A stretch of 64,000 nucleotides of DNA from Octopus bimaculoides. Taxonomy: Eukaryota. The DNA lies in the NCBI RefSeq assembly GCF_001194135.2, contig NC_068984.1, positions 38,263,510 to 38,327,509 on the forward strand, read 5' to 3'. Positions 12,483 to 24,171 of the stretch are shown one piece after another (within the stretch, counting starts at the first letter, position 1; each line of letters starts with the position of its first letter). The notes beneath the pieces are model-generated. The model saw only the letters and a program-made list of their open reading frames with translations. It was not told the DNA's origin and ran no database searches. Both the position numbers and the translations under genes were made by a program.

Positions 12483-13347
12483 ATATGTATATATATATAT
12501 ATATATATATNNNNNNNNNNNNNNNNNNNNNNNNNNNNNNNNNNNNNNNNNNNNNNNNNNNNNNNNNNNNNNNNNNNNNNNNNNNNNNNNNNNNNNNNNN
12601 NNNNNNNNNNNNNNNNNNNNNNNNNNNNNNNNNNNNNNNNNNNNNNNNNNNNNNNNNNNNNNNNNNNNNNNNNNNNNNNNNNNNNNNNNNNNNNNNNNNN
12701 NNNNNNNNNNNNNNNNNNNNNNNNNNNNNNNNNNNNNNNNNNNNNNNNNNNNNNNNNNNNNNNNNNNNNNNNNNNNNNNNNNNNNNNNNNNNNNNNNNNN
12801 NNNNNNNNNNNNNNNNNNNNNNNNNNNNNNNNNNNNNNNNNNNNNNNNNNNNNNNNNNNNNNNNNNNNNNNNNNNNNNNTACAGCTTATCTAAATGCATT
12901 CATAGGGTAACTAAAAGAAGAAAAAAAAAAAGAAAAAATCCCAAGAACTTTGATGCAAATTCATTTTTTAAACAGTAAACATGAATGAAACTGATTTAAG
13001 GGTGGGGGTGGGGGAACAATACATTTAACCCTTTAAATTTATATAATATGCTAGCTACCCTGTATCTGATGTCAACTTCAATATTTGACAAAAGTTACAA
13101 GTATCCTCTTTCATTTGACATTTGCCACACAAACGTTATGTAGGAAAAAGGAAAACCAATGAGCAGTAATTTTATTTCTTGCCAAAACTCAAAATATTTG
13201 TTTCGCATTTTGGTTTAGAATGCTTCATACCCACTTCATTGAAATTATATATGGGTTTTGAAATTAAGTAGGTCAGGATGAAGAAAATGTGCTTTGGAAA
13301 GAAACAAATTTATGGCCCATTTGGATCTATTCAGTTCATCAACGTTC

Positions 13348-13868
13348 TTAACTCTTTAGCATTCAGATTACTCAGTTCAATGTAATGTGTATTCACATTG
13401 TTTTGAATTTAACTGGCACTCTGATTACGATGATGAGTGTTTCCAGTTGATCTGATCAATGGAATAGCCTACTCGTGAAATTAACGTGCAAGTGGCTGAG
13501 CATTCCACAGACATGAGTACCCTTAACATAGTTCTCAAGGAGATTCAATGTGACAAAGCTGGAACTTTGAAATATAGATACTACTCATTTTTGCCAGCTG
13601 AGCAGACTGCAACAACATGAAATAAAGTGTCTTGCTCAAGGACACAACATGCTGCCAAGTATCAAACTCATGATGTTACAGTTGTGAGCCTTCACTATTT
13701 TGAACTAATCATGCATTATCATACAGCTTTGTGATTTTGATAAGATGATTATTTATATTTAGAATGGTATTGTAGGGCAGGTGTGAGATGCTGGATCTGG
13801 CTGTTTTGAATATAAAACAGGAAGAGGATTTTGGTTTGATGTGGCTGGTTTAAATGCTAAAAGGTTAA
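13348..13868. mobile_element. TTAA-flanked piggyBac-like MITE interrupted by a SINE
   Basis: Ends ttaa-ctctttagcatt ... aatgctaaaagg-ttaa. The flanking parts match the uninterrupted copy at 18774-18975 in opposite orientation. Confidence 0.7.
13412..13690 (-). mobile_element. tRNA-derived SINE (gttgtgtccttgagcaagac family)
   Basis: Same family as 51440-51735; reverse complement contains gttgtgtccttgagcaagacactttatttca. Nested in the MITE. Confidence 0.7.
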
Positions 13869-16664
13869 ATCTGGGTTTCTTATCATCTTTAAGTGCCTAA
13901 AATGGGAATATTCTAGTTTTTTATTGAATGTAAAATCAGTCATTTTTTTTTAACATTAGTATACATGGAAATTGTTGAAAATTATATCTTGCCATGTTGC
14001 TTTTGTAAAATATAGTTTTGCTGCTAGAAGTATTTATAATTCTCTTTATTTTCGTGAAGTTTATATTGTTTCCTTTTAAGTAATAACAGTCCTTTAGTTT
14101 CATTGCTCATTATGCATTTTCTCATCACACGACTTTAAAAATTCTGAAATAGTATTGTAAATATCATAAGAATGACACAGGCAGTTTTTCTTTAGAAAGC
14201 CATCAAACTTCAGTGTAGTAAAAATTCTGAAATTCTTGTTCATTTTTATGGCATTGTTTCTGAAAAATATGAATATTCAACTGATGAACTTTTATCTTAT
14301 TCATTCTTTCATAACATTAAGCAATATAACATAGAGACCATCACTGAGATGTTTTGCAGGTAATTACTGCCGATGAATAATGCAGTGAATCGTAAAGATA
14401 TTTGGAACTGTTTCTTTTAAATGTACTATGAAGCTACGATGGTGGCTAATCATAGTAAGTGCTTCTGCAGTTGCACATGCAATAACATTTGTGTGAGCTG
14501 TATTTTTATCTTTAAAAACGCTGCTCTATAAATCGTAGAACATTTTGTATCAGTTTTCAGTTGTTCAGCAAATCAGAATTCTCCAGTAAGTTCTTGATCA
14601 GTATTTGAATATTGCATCTTGGCTAATAACATTCGTTATCATGTAAAGTTGTCTCAGCAAATTGTGATGAAAATTCTATGATTTTCAAATCACAGCAAAG
14701 GAATTAGTTATTTAATTAAAGCTTGTCTTATCTGTAACTTCTTCTACAGCTAGTCAGATGAAAGTTTCATCAAAACTATGGTTTTGTACATTTTAGCAAT
14801 TACTTATATAATTTTTTAAGATGCAGCCAATCCTTTTTCTTGTTGGGTACTTTGTTTTACAATTAACTCATTAAAATTGTAGAATGATTTTTTTTTTTAA
14901 ATTTCATTTTCCAGACACTTTTTTTTATTATTGTGAAACGATCAATCATTCTTAAAGATTTTCTTTTTCTTAAGAAAGTTTGTTCACATTATAAACATGC
15001 TTATAGGTAACTGCTCACTCTTAATGATGGGAATAACTTCATATCTTAAATATTTACATGAATATTGGCAGCCCCTTTTCATTTATTTCATGATGCTAAC
15101 CACAATATCAATATTTACACGAAGAAGAATAAAACTTAATGAAGGACTGGTGTGAAAACAAAAAACAAAAACTTCCTAGCTTTATGTGAATTCTGTAGGA
15201 AATAAAGTTGAGAATGTTTCTTTTATACTGAATTAAATATAATTGATTACATGATATAATTAAAATTGTGAGGAAGGCTTTAAGAATCAATATATAGAAA
15301 GTAAAAGTTTATTTTTGATTGCTTAGAAATTGATAAAAATATTTGGAAATGAATAATCAGAATACTTTCATTTTGCAGTACTTTTGTACTTCAATATTTG
15401 CTGACATTTTACTATACAGGAGGTCTTCCACTGATCTGATTTAGAAAAATATCTAAATTCTGTCTGTAATAGTGTAGTAGTTTGAAAAACCAAACCAAAG
15501 CCTCTGCAGGCATTGATCTAAATGGGGTGGGACCATATCATTTCTACTTGATTACCACTTATTCTTTTTAAATGGAAATTCAATCACATTATCATCATTG
15601 ATATTATTCATTACCATCATGAAATTTGAAGGCATGATTAAACAAATTAAGGTGTTTATGCATTTATTGGCCTACAATAAAGAATGAAAGCATTTGATAA
15701 TAAAGACATTAATGAGCTGAAGTATTCAACCAATTTAACTGTCACTTTTTACGTGTTGATTCTTAAGGTCTGCCGATTTTGGTATTAACTTTACAATAAA
15801 GTTTGTATTAATTATATAATAAATAGTCATTGGTCAATCATGTTAATCTTCTTGAAAAAGATTTACTTTTATCCTGTTATTGATTTAAATAATTTATTAC
15901 CTACTAATTTGCTCTATGATGGCATTAATTTTCTGTGAGATTAAAACCAGTATAAACTGAAGTTGCTGGTCAGTAAAATTTTAGTCTTTAATAATATTTA
16001 ATTAGTCCTACCACTGAAAATTTTATCAACAAAAAAGCTCATTATGGTAGTCTTTGATATTAGCGTGCCACTTTCACTTTATGAAACTGTAGTTAGCATC
16101 ACATTCTTTGGTGGCAGTAGAAGATTTAAAAAAAGGAAGAAAAAAATTGTGAGCCTGTGCTGCAACCAGCTTGTTTGTCATTGTGGATATTTTGCTATGC
16201 AATTAAAAACTATTTTTTGTTTTGTTGAAGTTGTTGTTTAAGATGAGAGGGTGTAATTGTATCAGATTGTTTAGGGTGTTTGTTGTTCATTTTTGTATTA
16301 TTTAAAATGGCAACAATAGCAAGAGCAATGCAAAAATTCTAAACAATCTGATACAATCATGCCTTCCCAACCTAACAACATTCAAAACAAACAAAATTCA
16401 AACAATACAAATGTAGTTCAACAATATAAAAAATAATTCAATCACAACAATGCAAAAAGATAATTCTAAATTCTCACCCCAAAATATTCCTGATAGCAAA
16501 CAAAAGCAGGTTGCAGCATAACATCAAAAGAAATTCTTCCATAGTCACCCAAGTGATACCAGCTACAATTTGACGAAATGAAAGTGGCATGCTTTTATCA
16601 AAGATCACACTTCTTTATAAATTATGATAGTTAATAAATTCACTTCTAAATCAATTTCAGAGTA

Positions 16665-17083
16665 TAGGCACAGGTGGCTGTGTGGTTAAGAAGTTTTCTT
16701 CATAGTTACATAGTTTCAGGTCCAATTTCACTACATGGCTCCTTGGGCAAGTGTCTTATATTATAGCCCCAGGCTGACCGAAGCCTTGTGAGTAAATATG
16801 GTAGATGGAAACTGAAAGAAGCCCATCATATGTGAATGTGTGTGTGATTGTGTTTCCTTGCCTTGATCTAAATTATAATTGTAAATGAGTGTCATTGTCA
16901 TACAAGCAGTGTCATTCATTTCCAGTGATCTGCGAAAATATATCTGGCTATGAGGAAACAATACCTTGTTTGGAAACAAATGAGGATGGGCAACAGGAAG
17001 GGTATCTGGCCATAGAAAAGTTACCTGTATAAACTCAGTCCGCCCAATGCATGCATGGAAAAGTCACTGTTAAAACAATGATG
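16665..17083 (+). mobile_element. tRNA-derived CORE-like SINE, type B (ends in RTE-like tail)
   Basis: Same head as type A (gtggctgtgtggttaag, ccttgggcaagtgtctt), a different body, and a 3' end caggaagggtatctggccatagaaa...gcatggaaaagtcactgttaaaacaatgatg. Confidence 0.75.
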
Positions 17084-17492
17084 CTGCTTCAACTAATGTT
17101 TACTTCCTCACTCAGTGTTCAGTGTTCTCTGGTTGAGAAATACTTTGTTAAATGAAGAGTTTGGCCTGTGTGTGTAGGTATGGGATGTTTCAAAAAAGGA
17201 ACAATCTATTGTATTGATTGCAAATTACTGCTACTGATAAGTTGGTATAATTTTTCACTGTTTGGTCTAAGGACAAGAACTGGCCGTAACCACTTTCCAA
17301 ATCTTCATATGCCCCAAAACCCTCAGAGCCCCTTTTAAATGAATCCTGGTGAGTGCTGTCTCCTTAGCATTAAGTAAATGAAACAAAAATTCCTCATGGG
17401 AGTGTGCTTATCTATCTTAGGTGTTTTACTCAGATAATAAGATATCCATTTATTGCCCAAGTATGCAACATTCCAAGATAAGGTTAGTCATA

Positions 17493-17580
17493 TACAAGGT
17501 GGCTCGTGAATGTTTTTACCATTGTGTGCAGGCACACACATACATGTATAATGGTATAGTATTTTATGGACCACCCTGTA
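17493..17580. mobile_element. Short Tc1/mariner-like MITE
   Basis: TA-flanked imperfect terminal inverted repeats: tacaaggtggctcgtgaatgtttttaccatt ... aatggtatagtattttatggaccaccctgta. Confidence 0.55.
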
Positions 17581-17606
17581 TGTATATGTGTGTGTGTATA
17601 TATATA

Positions 17607-18625
17607 TATCATCATCATCGTTTAACGTCCGCTTTCCATGCTAGCATGGGTTGGACGATTTGACTGAGGACTGGTGAAACCGGATGGCAACACCAGGCTC
17701 CAGTCTAATTTGGCAGAGTTTCTACAGCTGGATGCCCTTCCTAACGCCAACCACTCAGAGAGTGTAGTGGGTGCTTTTACGTGTCACCCGCACGAAAACG
17801 GCCACGCTCGAAATGGTGTCTTTTATGTGCCNNNNNNNNNNNNNNNNNNNNNNNNNNNNNNNNNNNNNNNNNNNNNNNNNNNNNNNNNNNNNNNNNNNNN
17901 NNNNNNNNNNNNNNNNNNNNNNNNNNNNNNNNNNNNNNNNNNNNNNNNNNNNNNNNNNNNNNNNNNNNNNNNNNNNNNNNNNNNNNNNNNNNNNNNNNNN
18001 NNNNNNNNNNNNNNNNNNNNNNNNNNNNNNNNNNNNNNNNNNNNNNNNNNNNNNNNNNNNNNNNNNNNNNNNNNNNNNNNNNNNNNNNNNNNNNNNNNNN
18101 NNNNNNNNNNNNNNNNNNNNNNNNNNNNNNNNNNNNNNNNNNNNNNNNNNNNNNNNNNNNNNNNNNNNNNNNNNNNNNNNNNNNNNNNNNNNNNNNNNNN
18201 NNNNNNNNNNNNNNNNNNNNNNNNNNNNNNNNNNNNNNNNNNNNNNNNNNNNNNNNNNNNNNNNNNNNNNNNNNNNNNNNNNNNNNNNNNNNNNNNNNNN
18301 NNNNNNNNNNNNNNNNNNNNNNNNNNNNNNNNAGCAGCTACACTTTCAGCGCACCCACCCCCACTACTAACTTGGTCGCCCAGATAGCGGAAGCTATCGA
18401 CTACCTCTAGTTTTTCACCCTGGAATGAGATAGAAGTTGTTTCCTGTTTGTTTACAGTCTTTATTGCACCTGAACATCTGCCACAAACAAAAACTAACTT
18501 GCTAGTTAACCTGCCTTTGATGTTGCTGCACCTCTTATGTGTCCATAGCTTGCACCGGGTACATCTTATAGAGTTACTACCTACTCCTTTTCTACATACT
18601 GAGCAGGGCCAGCTACCTGAAATAT
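17607..18625 (-). mobile_element. Young 5'-truncated RTE-clade LINE spanning a gap, with a PHD finger in ORF2
   Basis: 18625 to 18333 is open on the minus strand: SGSWPCSVCRKGVGSNSIRCTRCKLWTHKRCSNIKGRLTSKLVFVCGRCSGAIKTVNKQETTSISFQGEKLEVVDSFRYLGDQVSSGGGCAESVAA. The co-oriented 3' tail lies at 17831-17607 beyond the gap. Confidence 0.85.
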
Positions 18626-18773
18626 GGAATGTAAAGAGTAAGACAAAGTAGATGTGATGGAACAGAAGTGGGTGAATAGGTGGGTAAATGGTTAGAGTGG
18701 CAAATGATACGCATGTTGTATAGACGACAGAGCTTTGAGGGTAGATCTGAGTGGGCTTTGAGTCAACCTTGTT

Positions 18774-18975
18774 TTAACACTTCAGTATTTAAACTGACTA
18801 TATCTAGCCAAAATATTCTGTCTGTTTTATGTTTGGACCAGACAGATGTGGCCTATCACACCTACCCAAAAAATAGACGGTCACATCATTGAAACCTCAA
18901 AGCTCTGAGAAAATGCATGATTAATTCAAAACAATGTGAATAAATAAGCATTACATCTGAATACTAAAGGGTTAA
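18774..18975. mobile_element. TTAA-flanked piggyBac-like MITE (uninterrupted copy)
   Basis: ttaa-cacttcagtattt ... aatactaaaggg-ttaa; homologous to 13348-13868. Confidence 0.65.
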
Positions 18976-21099
18976 TGTACTTCAATGTGATATCTGACAG
19001 GTAAGTAATTGGTGTTGTATAAAACCCAGTTTTGTTAAAGGATAGTCAGTTTAGATACAGACCAGAGCTTTACTGTCTCTTTCTTACTATCATATTCTTT
19101 CTTTGTTGTACTTTCCATCATCACTCCCAATTTTTTCTTAACTTCGCTTTCTTCTCTTTGATGTTCTGCATGTTCTTTTTGCTTTTCTGTCAAAAGAAAT
19201 TCATTAAAGCTAAATTGTGTTTCTGTGTGCGCATTTTCTGGTGATCTTTACACATATGCTTGTGTATATATATATATTGTATATTTATATGCATGGTAAT
19301 TAACTCATTCTTTCTTATGTTTGTGTGTGTGAAAATTCATAAAGTGGATGCTAGATGTCAGTTGTAGATCTAACATGATATTCTGGGTAATTAAATCAAT
19401 GGTGAGAAGCTAATCTGACAAAGCCACATCAAGTAGTCTGACAGTTGACATCCTGGCAGTTGGCTAGTTGGTTGTATTAGAAACACTTAATTCAAGTTGA
19501 AGAGGGACCCTCACTTACAAGCTCTGAATTGTGTCACAGTCAGCTTTTGAACTTACAGAAGTCAAGAGCAAAAGAAAAATTATATCTTCATAATCATATA
19601 CAACAATGCCATGGAATAATGATAATTATTACAGCAACTTCTCTTTGAAATGTTAATTGAAAATTAAGGAAAAGGGAATTTGTAGGTTAAAAGCTTAAAG
19701 TATACAGAAAGTATGAGACTACTGCTAACAGGATCAGAATTTTGACCTTTATAGTGACTCAGCTGTACCATAGCTAATGACTGATCCAAATATTAAATGA
19801 AAATTAATTTTGCTTCGTAAACTGGAAAGTAATTGCTTTCTGCTGTGAATTATGCATCACCATGATATTGATTTCTGACATAAGCACAAGGCTTCAAATT
19901 TTTTTGGTAAGGTTATAATCAATGTTGGTCAACTATAATTAATAGTTTATTTTGCCAATCCTAAATGGATTAGAGTAGGTTTTGAACCCCTGAAAATAAA
20001 GAGTTATAACTAAATAGTGTTAAACATTTTGTTTGAAAATCTAATAATTCTGTCAGTCTGTGCATTGTCATAATTTTAAGATAACTTCTGCAAATATTGT
20101 TTTGAAAATTACATTCTCCAGACCTTACTCTTTCGTATTATTCAAATAAGCATCAGCAAAATTATCTTAATGGGAAGTAGTTACTTCAAATAGATGATTT
20201 TTCAAAAGTGACTTCATATGAATCTGTAAATAGAAAACAAAAAATGTATCATGCAGTTTTTGAGTCATTAATAAACTCTCATAAATAGTGAAAATATTTC
20301 TAGATTAAGTAATATTAGTTTGTTTTTTTTTTTCTGGTTTTTACCATCTTTTAAATCTTGATATGAAAATGACATTCTTTACTTGTTAACCTGGTAATTA
20401 GGTCAGTTGTGGTATCATATCTATTGAATTTGTATTAATATCTTGTTTCTATTAACTTCATGCCTTGAAAATTGAAGTTCATAGTCAGCCAGTTTGAAAC
20501 AACTATAGTACTTACCACACTGCACCAATTTATATCCTTCAGATGCAAATACAGGTACAATACATTTTCAAAAAAAATATTTGTTGGGAATAAAATATGA
20601 ATAGGACAGTGTATTATCATTGAGCAGAAACATAACTGATGATGCAGTGAGGTCTAATATAATTTCATTATCTAAGTTCTCACTTTCTCTGACAGTTTTC
20701 ATAAAATTTTATCATAAGAAGCACTAATCCATGCAAATATCTAAATGAAGTTTATGGTGATTGGGATAGTATAAAACATTATGGACAATCACTCCGTAAA
20801 AAACATAAGGAGGAGGTATTTCTGGAACACCATTCTCTGATGCCTATATGAAAGAGAAAGAGCTGGAGAATATAATTTTCAAGATAGTTTTGTGAGTAGC
20901 CACGTGGCTCCTCTATAACAAAAACTTGTTGGTTTACTCACTTCTCTCATACTTCATCTAGCATAAAGTTACTCCTCCCATCTTGGGTTTTGTAGATTTG
21001 CAAGCTGCATGCCTTATTTGTACCAATGGTATGATAAAAAGCATCCAGTTTGCTCTGTAGAGTGGTTGGCATTAGAAAGGGCATCCAGCTGTAGAAATC

Positions 21100-21790
21100 A
21101 TTCCAAAGTCAGAGAAGTGACTGTAGACTGGGAGACAGTGAAGAGCAGCAGAAAGTTGTTAAAAAGAGAAGGATCCAAATTGAAATTAACACCACCAGTG
21201 GAGGTGACAAGGAAAAAGGAAAGAAAGACAGTAATATACGGAACCCTTTCTCTAGTAACCAAAAAAATTGAAATGGTGAAGGAGGAAGAGTTAGAAGAAT
21301 GCCTAAAAAAGATAAGTAGTATTATTGAATTCTACTGTAGAGGCAAGAAGTTTGGTACAGTGGAGGTGTGCTTCTCAGCAGTGGAAGAAGCAGCAAGACA
21401 CTCCACTGTAGCCTTCAAATTGGAGAAATGTGCACTACTGCCAACTTACCTTGGGAAGCGAGTAGCAAGAGTAAGAATTGGCAGGGTGCCTCCAGAAATC
21501 AACGAAATGTGGCTGCTGGTAGCCATCCTGATGGACATGAAAGAAGTCCCGCAAGTACTACAAGTGAGCTGCACGAAACAGCTAAATTGTTGGGGATATG
21601 ACCTAGAGGTCATAATACAGGCCACCATAAGTGATCTCTAAGACATAACAGAGGGAGTCGAGTTCCCAGAGGATGTGAGGTTGCATGTGGTAGTGGAGGG
21701 AAGACCCCCCCCCCACATGTTATCACTGCAGGGAGAAGGGTCACATTAAGGCAAACTGCCCCCTTCTCGATAAGCAAGCATCGGCAGAGG
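21100..21790 (+). mobile_element. LINE ORF1/gag-like remnant (Tx1/L1-like) with a CCHC zinc knuckle
   Basis: ORF 21009-21641 continues past an in-frame TAA (DITEGVEFPEDVRLHVVVEGR) and, after a frameshift in a 10-C run, reads TCYHCREKGHIKANCP (CX2CX4HX4C, 21718-21759). No ORF2 follows. Clade assignment is tentative. Confidence 0.65.
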
Positions 21791-22330
21791 TGAGACAGAA
21801 AGAAAGCAGTAGCAGCGAGAAGTTGAAGGAAGATACAGAGGAGGTAGGCACAGATGAAGTGCAAACACAAAATAAGAAGAGAAAAGAAATCAAAAACTCC
21901 CTGCCCCCTAAGAACTCTAAAAAAAGAAAGAAGAAAAGAGAACAGAGTGTGACACACACAAATGCCCACATCGCAACTAACACACATGAATACACCAAAC
22001 AGTCTAGAATCCCCAACCAAACATACACCCACTTGTACATACAGTCCAGTAACCCCAACAACAGAACATGCATAGGCACTCACAGACACGTTACGTGCAT
22101 GAAAAAATTCCGACAGTACAGATTCATTAATTGATTACACACAAACAAGCACACAAGAAGACACAGAAGAAACACAAAAGTTAAAAACAGCATATGTAAT
22201 TTAGCTATTGAAGAGAAAATAGAGAAGATGAAGACAGTTATTAGAGTCAGAGAGGAAGAAAACATTAAAGTCCCAGGTATGGAATGTATTCTAATTGATA
22301 CAAAAAATTATAAAAAAATTAGAAGCTAAC

Positions 22331-23440
22331 TTTGGTGATGAAATAAACCCTTTAGGGATAGAAATAAAATATTATGAACATTTGCCACTGCAATAGTACA
22401 GCTTCAAGAGAAGTAACAGGAACAACTACAGGAGTTGCAAAAACAAATACAACAATTGAGTTACAGTCGGCGAAGTCTGAAAATCCAGCAAGCTCATTTA
22501 TGCCAGATGGTGTGGCTAACACAATTTCTGAATTTATGTGTAATCTGGAGGAGAGTATTATGTTTCCCGTGTATTATAGAAGATATGAGGAAATTTTTAA
22601 CGAGTGCAAGTCATGGTTGGAGGAGTAGAAAGAAAGGCTTTTACTTTGCAAGGTAGCTCCTGCCAAACATGAGCATTACTGTAACTTTATTCTGCCCAAA
22701 AAGTTGTGTGAGATTGATTTCCAAGAAACTGGAGAACTACTTTCAAAATTCTTTTGTGATAGAAGTTCATTATCCAACACCAGAATGGAGTGTTGGAACT
22801 TAAAAAATGAAGCGGATAATTTTTGTCACCTATGCCGGAGTAGTCAACTTTCAACTCCAGGATCTCACTCAGGATATGTTTAAATCACTTATCTTCGTGC
22901 AAGGACTTATAGCACCTGAAGATAGAGAAATTTGAGCAAGGATTCTCTTGAAAATGGAGCAAGCAAACCAGGATTTATCTCCACAGACCATTGCAGAAGA
23001 ATGTCAGACTCTGGTAAATCCTAAACATGATGTGAAAAAAATACAAGATAAAAACTCTGCAAAAATTAAAATGTGTCATCCTGGGAAGCACAATCAGAAA
23101 AAAGTGTCCGACCCCACTCTGTGTTATGGTTGTGGAGGCCTATGCTACAAAAAGGATTATCCATTTAAAAACAAAAAGTGCTATAGTTGTCAGAAGCTGG
23201 GACACAGGAGTTCTCATTGTAGAACATTTCCACGAGGCTCAAACACAAAAAATTCTAAGGTTGTTTTCAGAGGAGAGTGATTGTGACAGAAAAACAAGAA
23301 AATTTGTGCATATAAAAATAAATGATGTGAATACCAAATTACAGTTAGACACTGGTAGTGACATCTCGATTATAAATGTGGATACTTGGAAAAAAAATTG
23401 GTAAAGTGAGATTATGTAAAACAGCGAAAATAGCACAGGC
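22331..23440 (+). mobile_element. Degenerate Ty3/Gypsy gag plus aspartic protease remnant
   Basis: Fragmented frames: NTISEFMCN...YRRYEEIF, FKSLIFVQGL, TIAEECQTLVNPKHD, CYGCGG...KCYSCQKLGHRSSHC (knuckles) and KLQLDTGSDISIIN (protease DTG motif). tggtgatga at 22333 looks like a CpG-decayed tggcgacga primer-binding site. Truncated before RT. Confidence 0.85.
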
Positions 23441-24111
23441 AATCCTTTGAGATCTCAGATATTTTTTCTGTATCGCCTTGATTCTTTTAATGTGCTTGTT
23501 CCCTGGTATTAAATTGATATTAATTAATATCCAATTTTTTACCCTATTGTTTTAATTTAATTAACCATAACCAAATTCTCAAAGTTGGTATATTCGATGC
23601 GGAAACCTTTTTCGGCAGAGATATTTCCGGATTTAGCGTGCAAAAACGAAGACTTTTGAATCTTACCATAGGTATAATTGAATCTTACCATAGGTATACA
23701 CGTGCTCCACTCGTGGCATACAACTAGTATGCGATTCTGTAAATTGTCTGTATTCAACGGTCTGTACTGATGAGAAACTGATATTTTCGGTAAGAAAATA
23801 TTAATTTCGAAACTAGTTTACAGATAATTGTATTTTATTATGTAATTTTCACTTGTTTTGCCCGAATACGTTTTTGTTACATTGCTAAATTTACTTTGAG
23901 AACAATTCGGTCTTAGTAGACACATTACATGTGATCTTCTAGCACATTAACAGTCCACCTAGTGGTCTCCTTTATATATATTTATACATACGTATACAAT
24001 AATCCTTTTAAATCTCAGATATTTTTTCTGTATCTCCTTGATTCTTTTAATGTGCTTGTTCCCTGGTATTAAATTGATATTAATTAATATCCAATTTTTT
24101 TTACCCTATTG

Positions 24112-24118
<7 letters not shown>
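23441..24118. repeat. ~116-bp direct repeats (23441-23556 and 24001-24118) flanking a CpG-rich 444-bp segment
   Basis: Direct comparison shows 3 substitutions and a 2-nt difference in a T-run; period 560 bp; followed by (TA)n. Confidence 0.9.

Positions 24119-24171
<53 letters not shown>

Noticed and set aside
18990-19006. Consensus donors CAG|gtaagt (19001) and AAG|gtaagt (26007) as alternative exons
   Set aside because: No convincing upstream acceptor or ORF; isolated donor matches are expected in 40 kb.
23441-24118. TRIM-type miniature LTR retrotransposon
   Set aside because: No TG..CA termini, primer-binding site or polypurine tract on either strand; kept only as an unexplained repeat.
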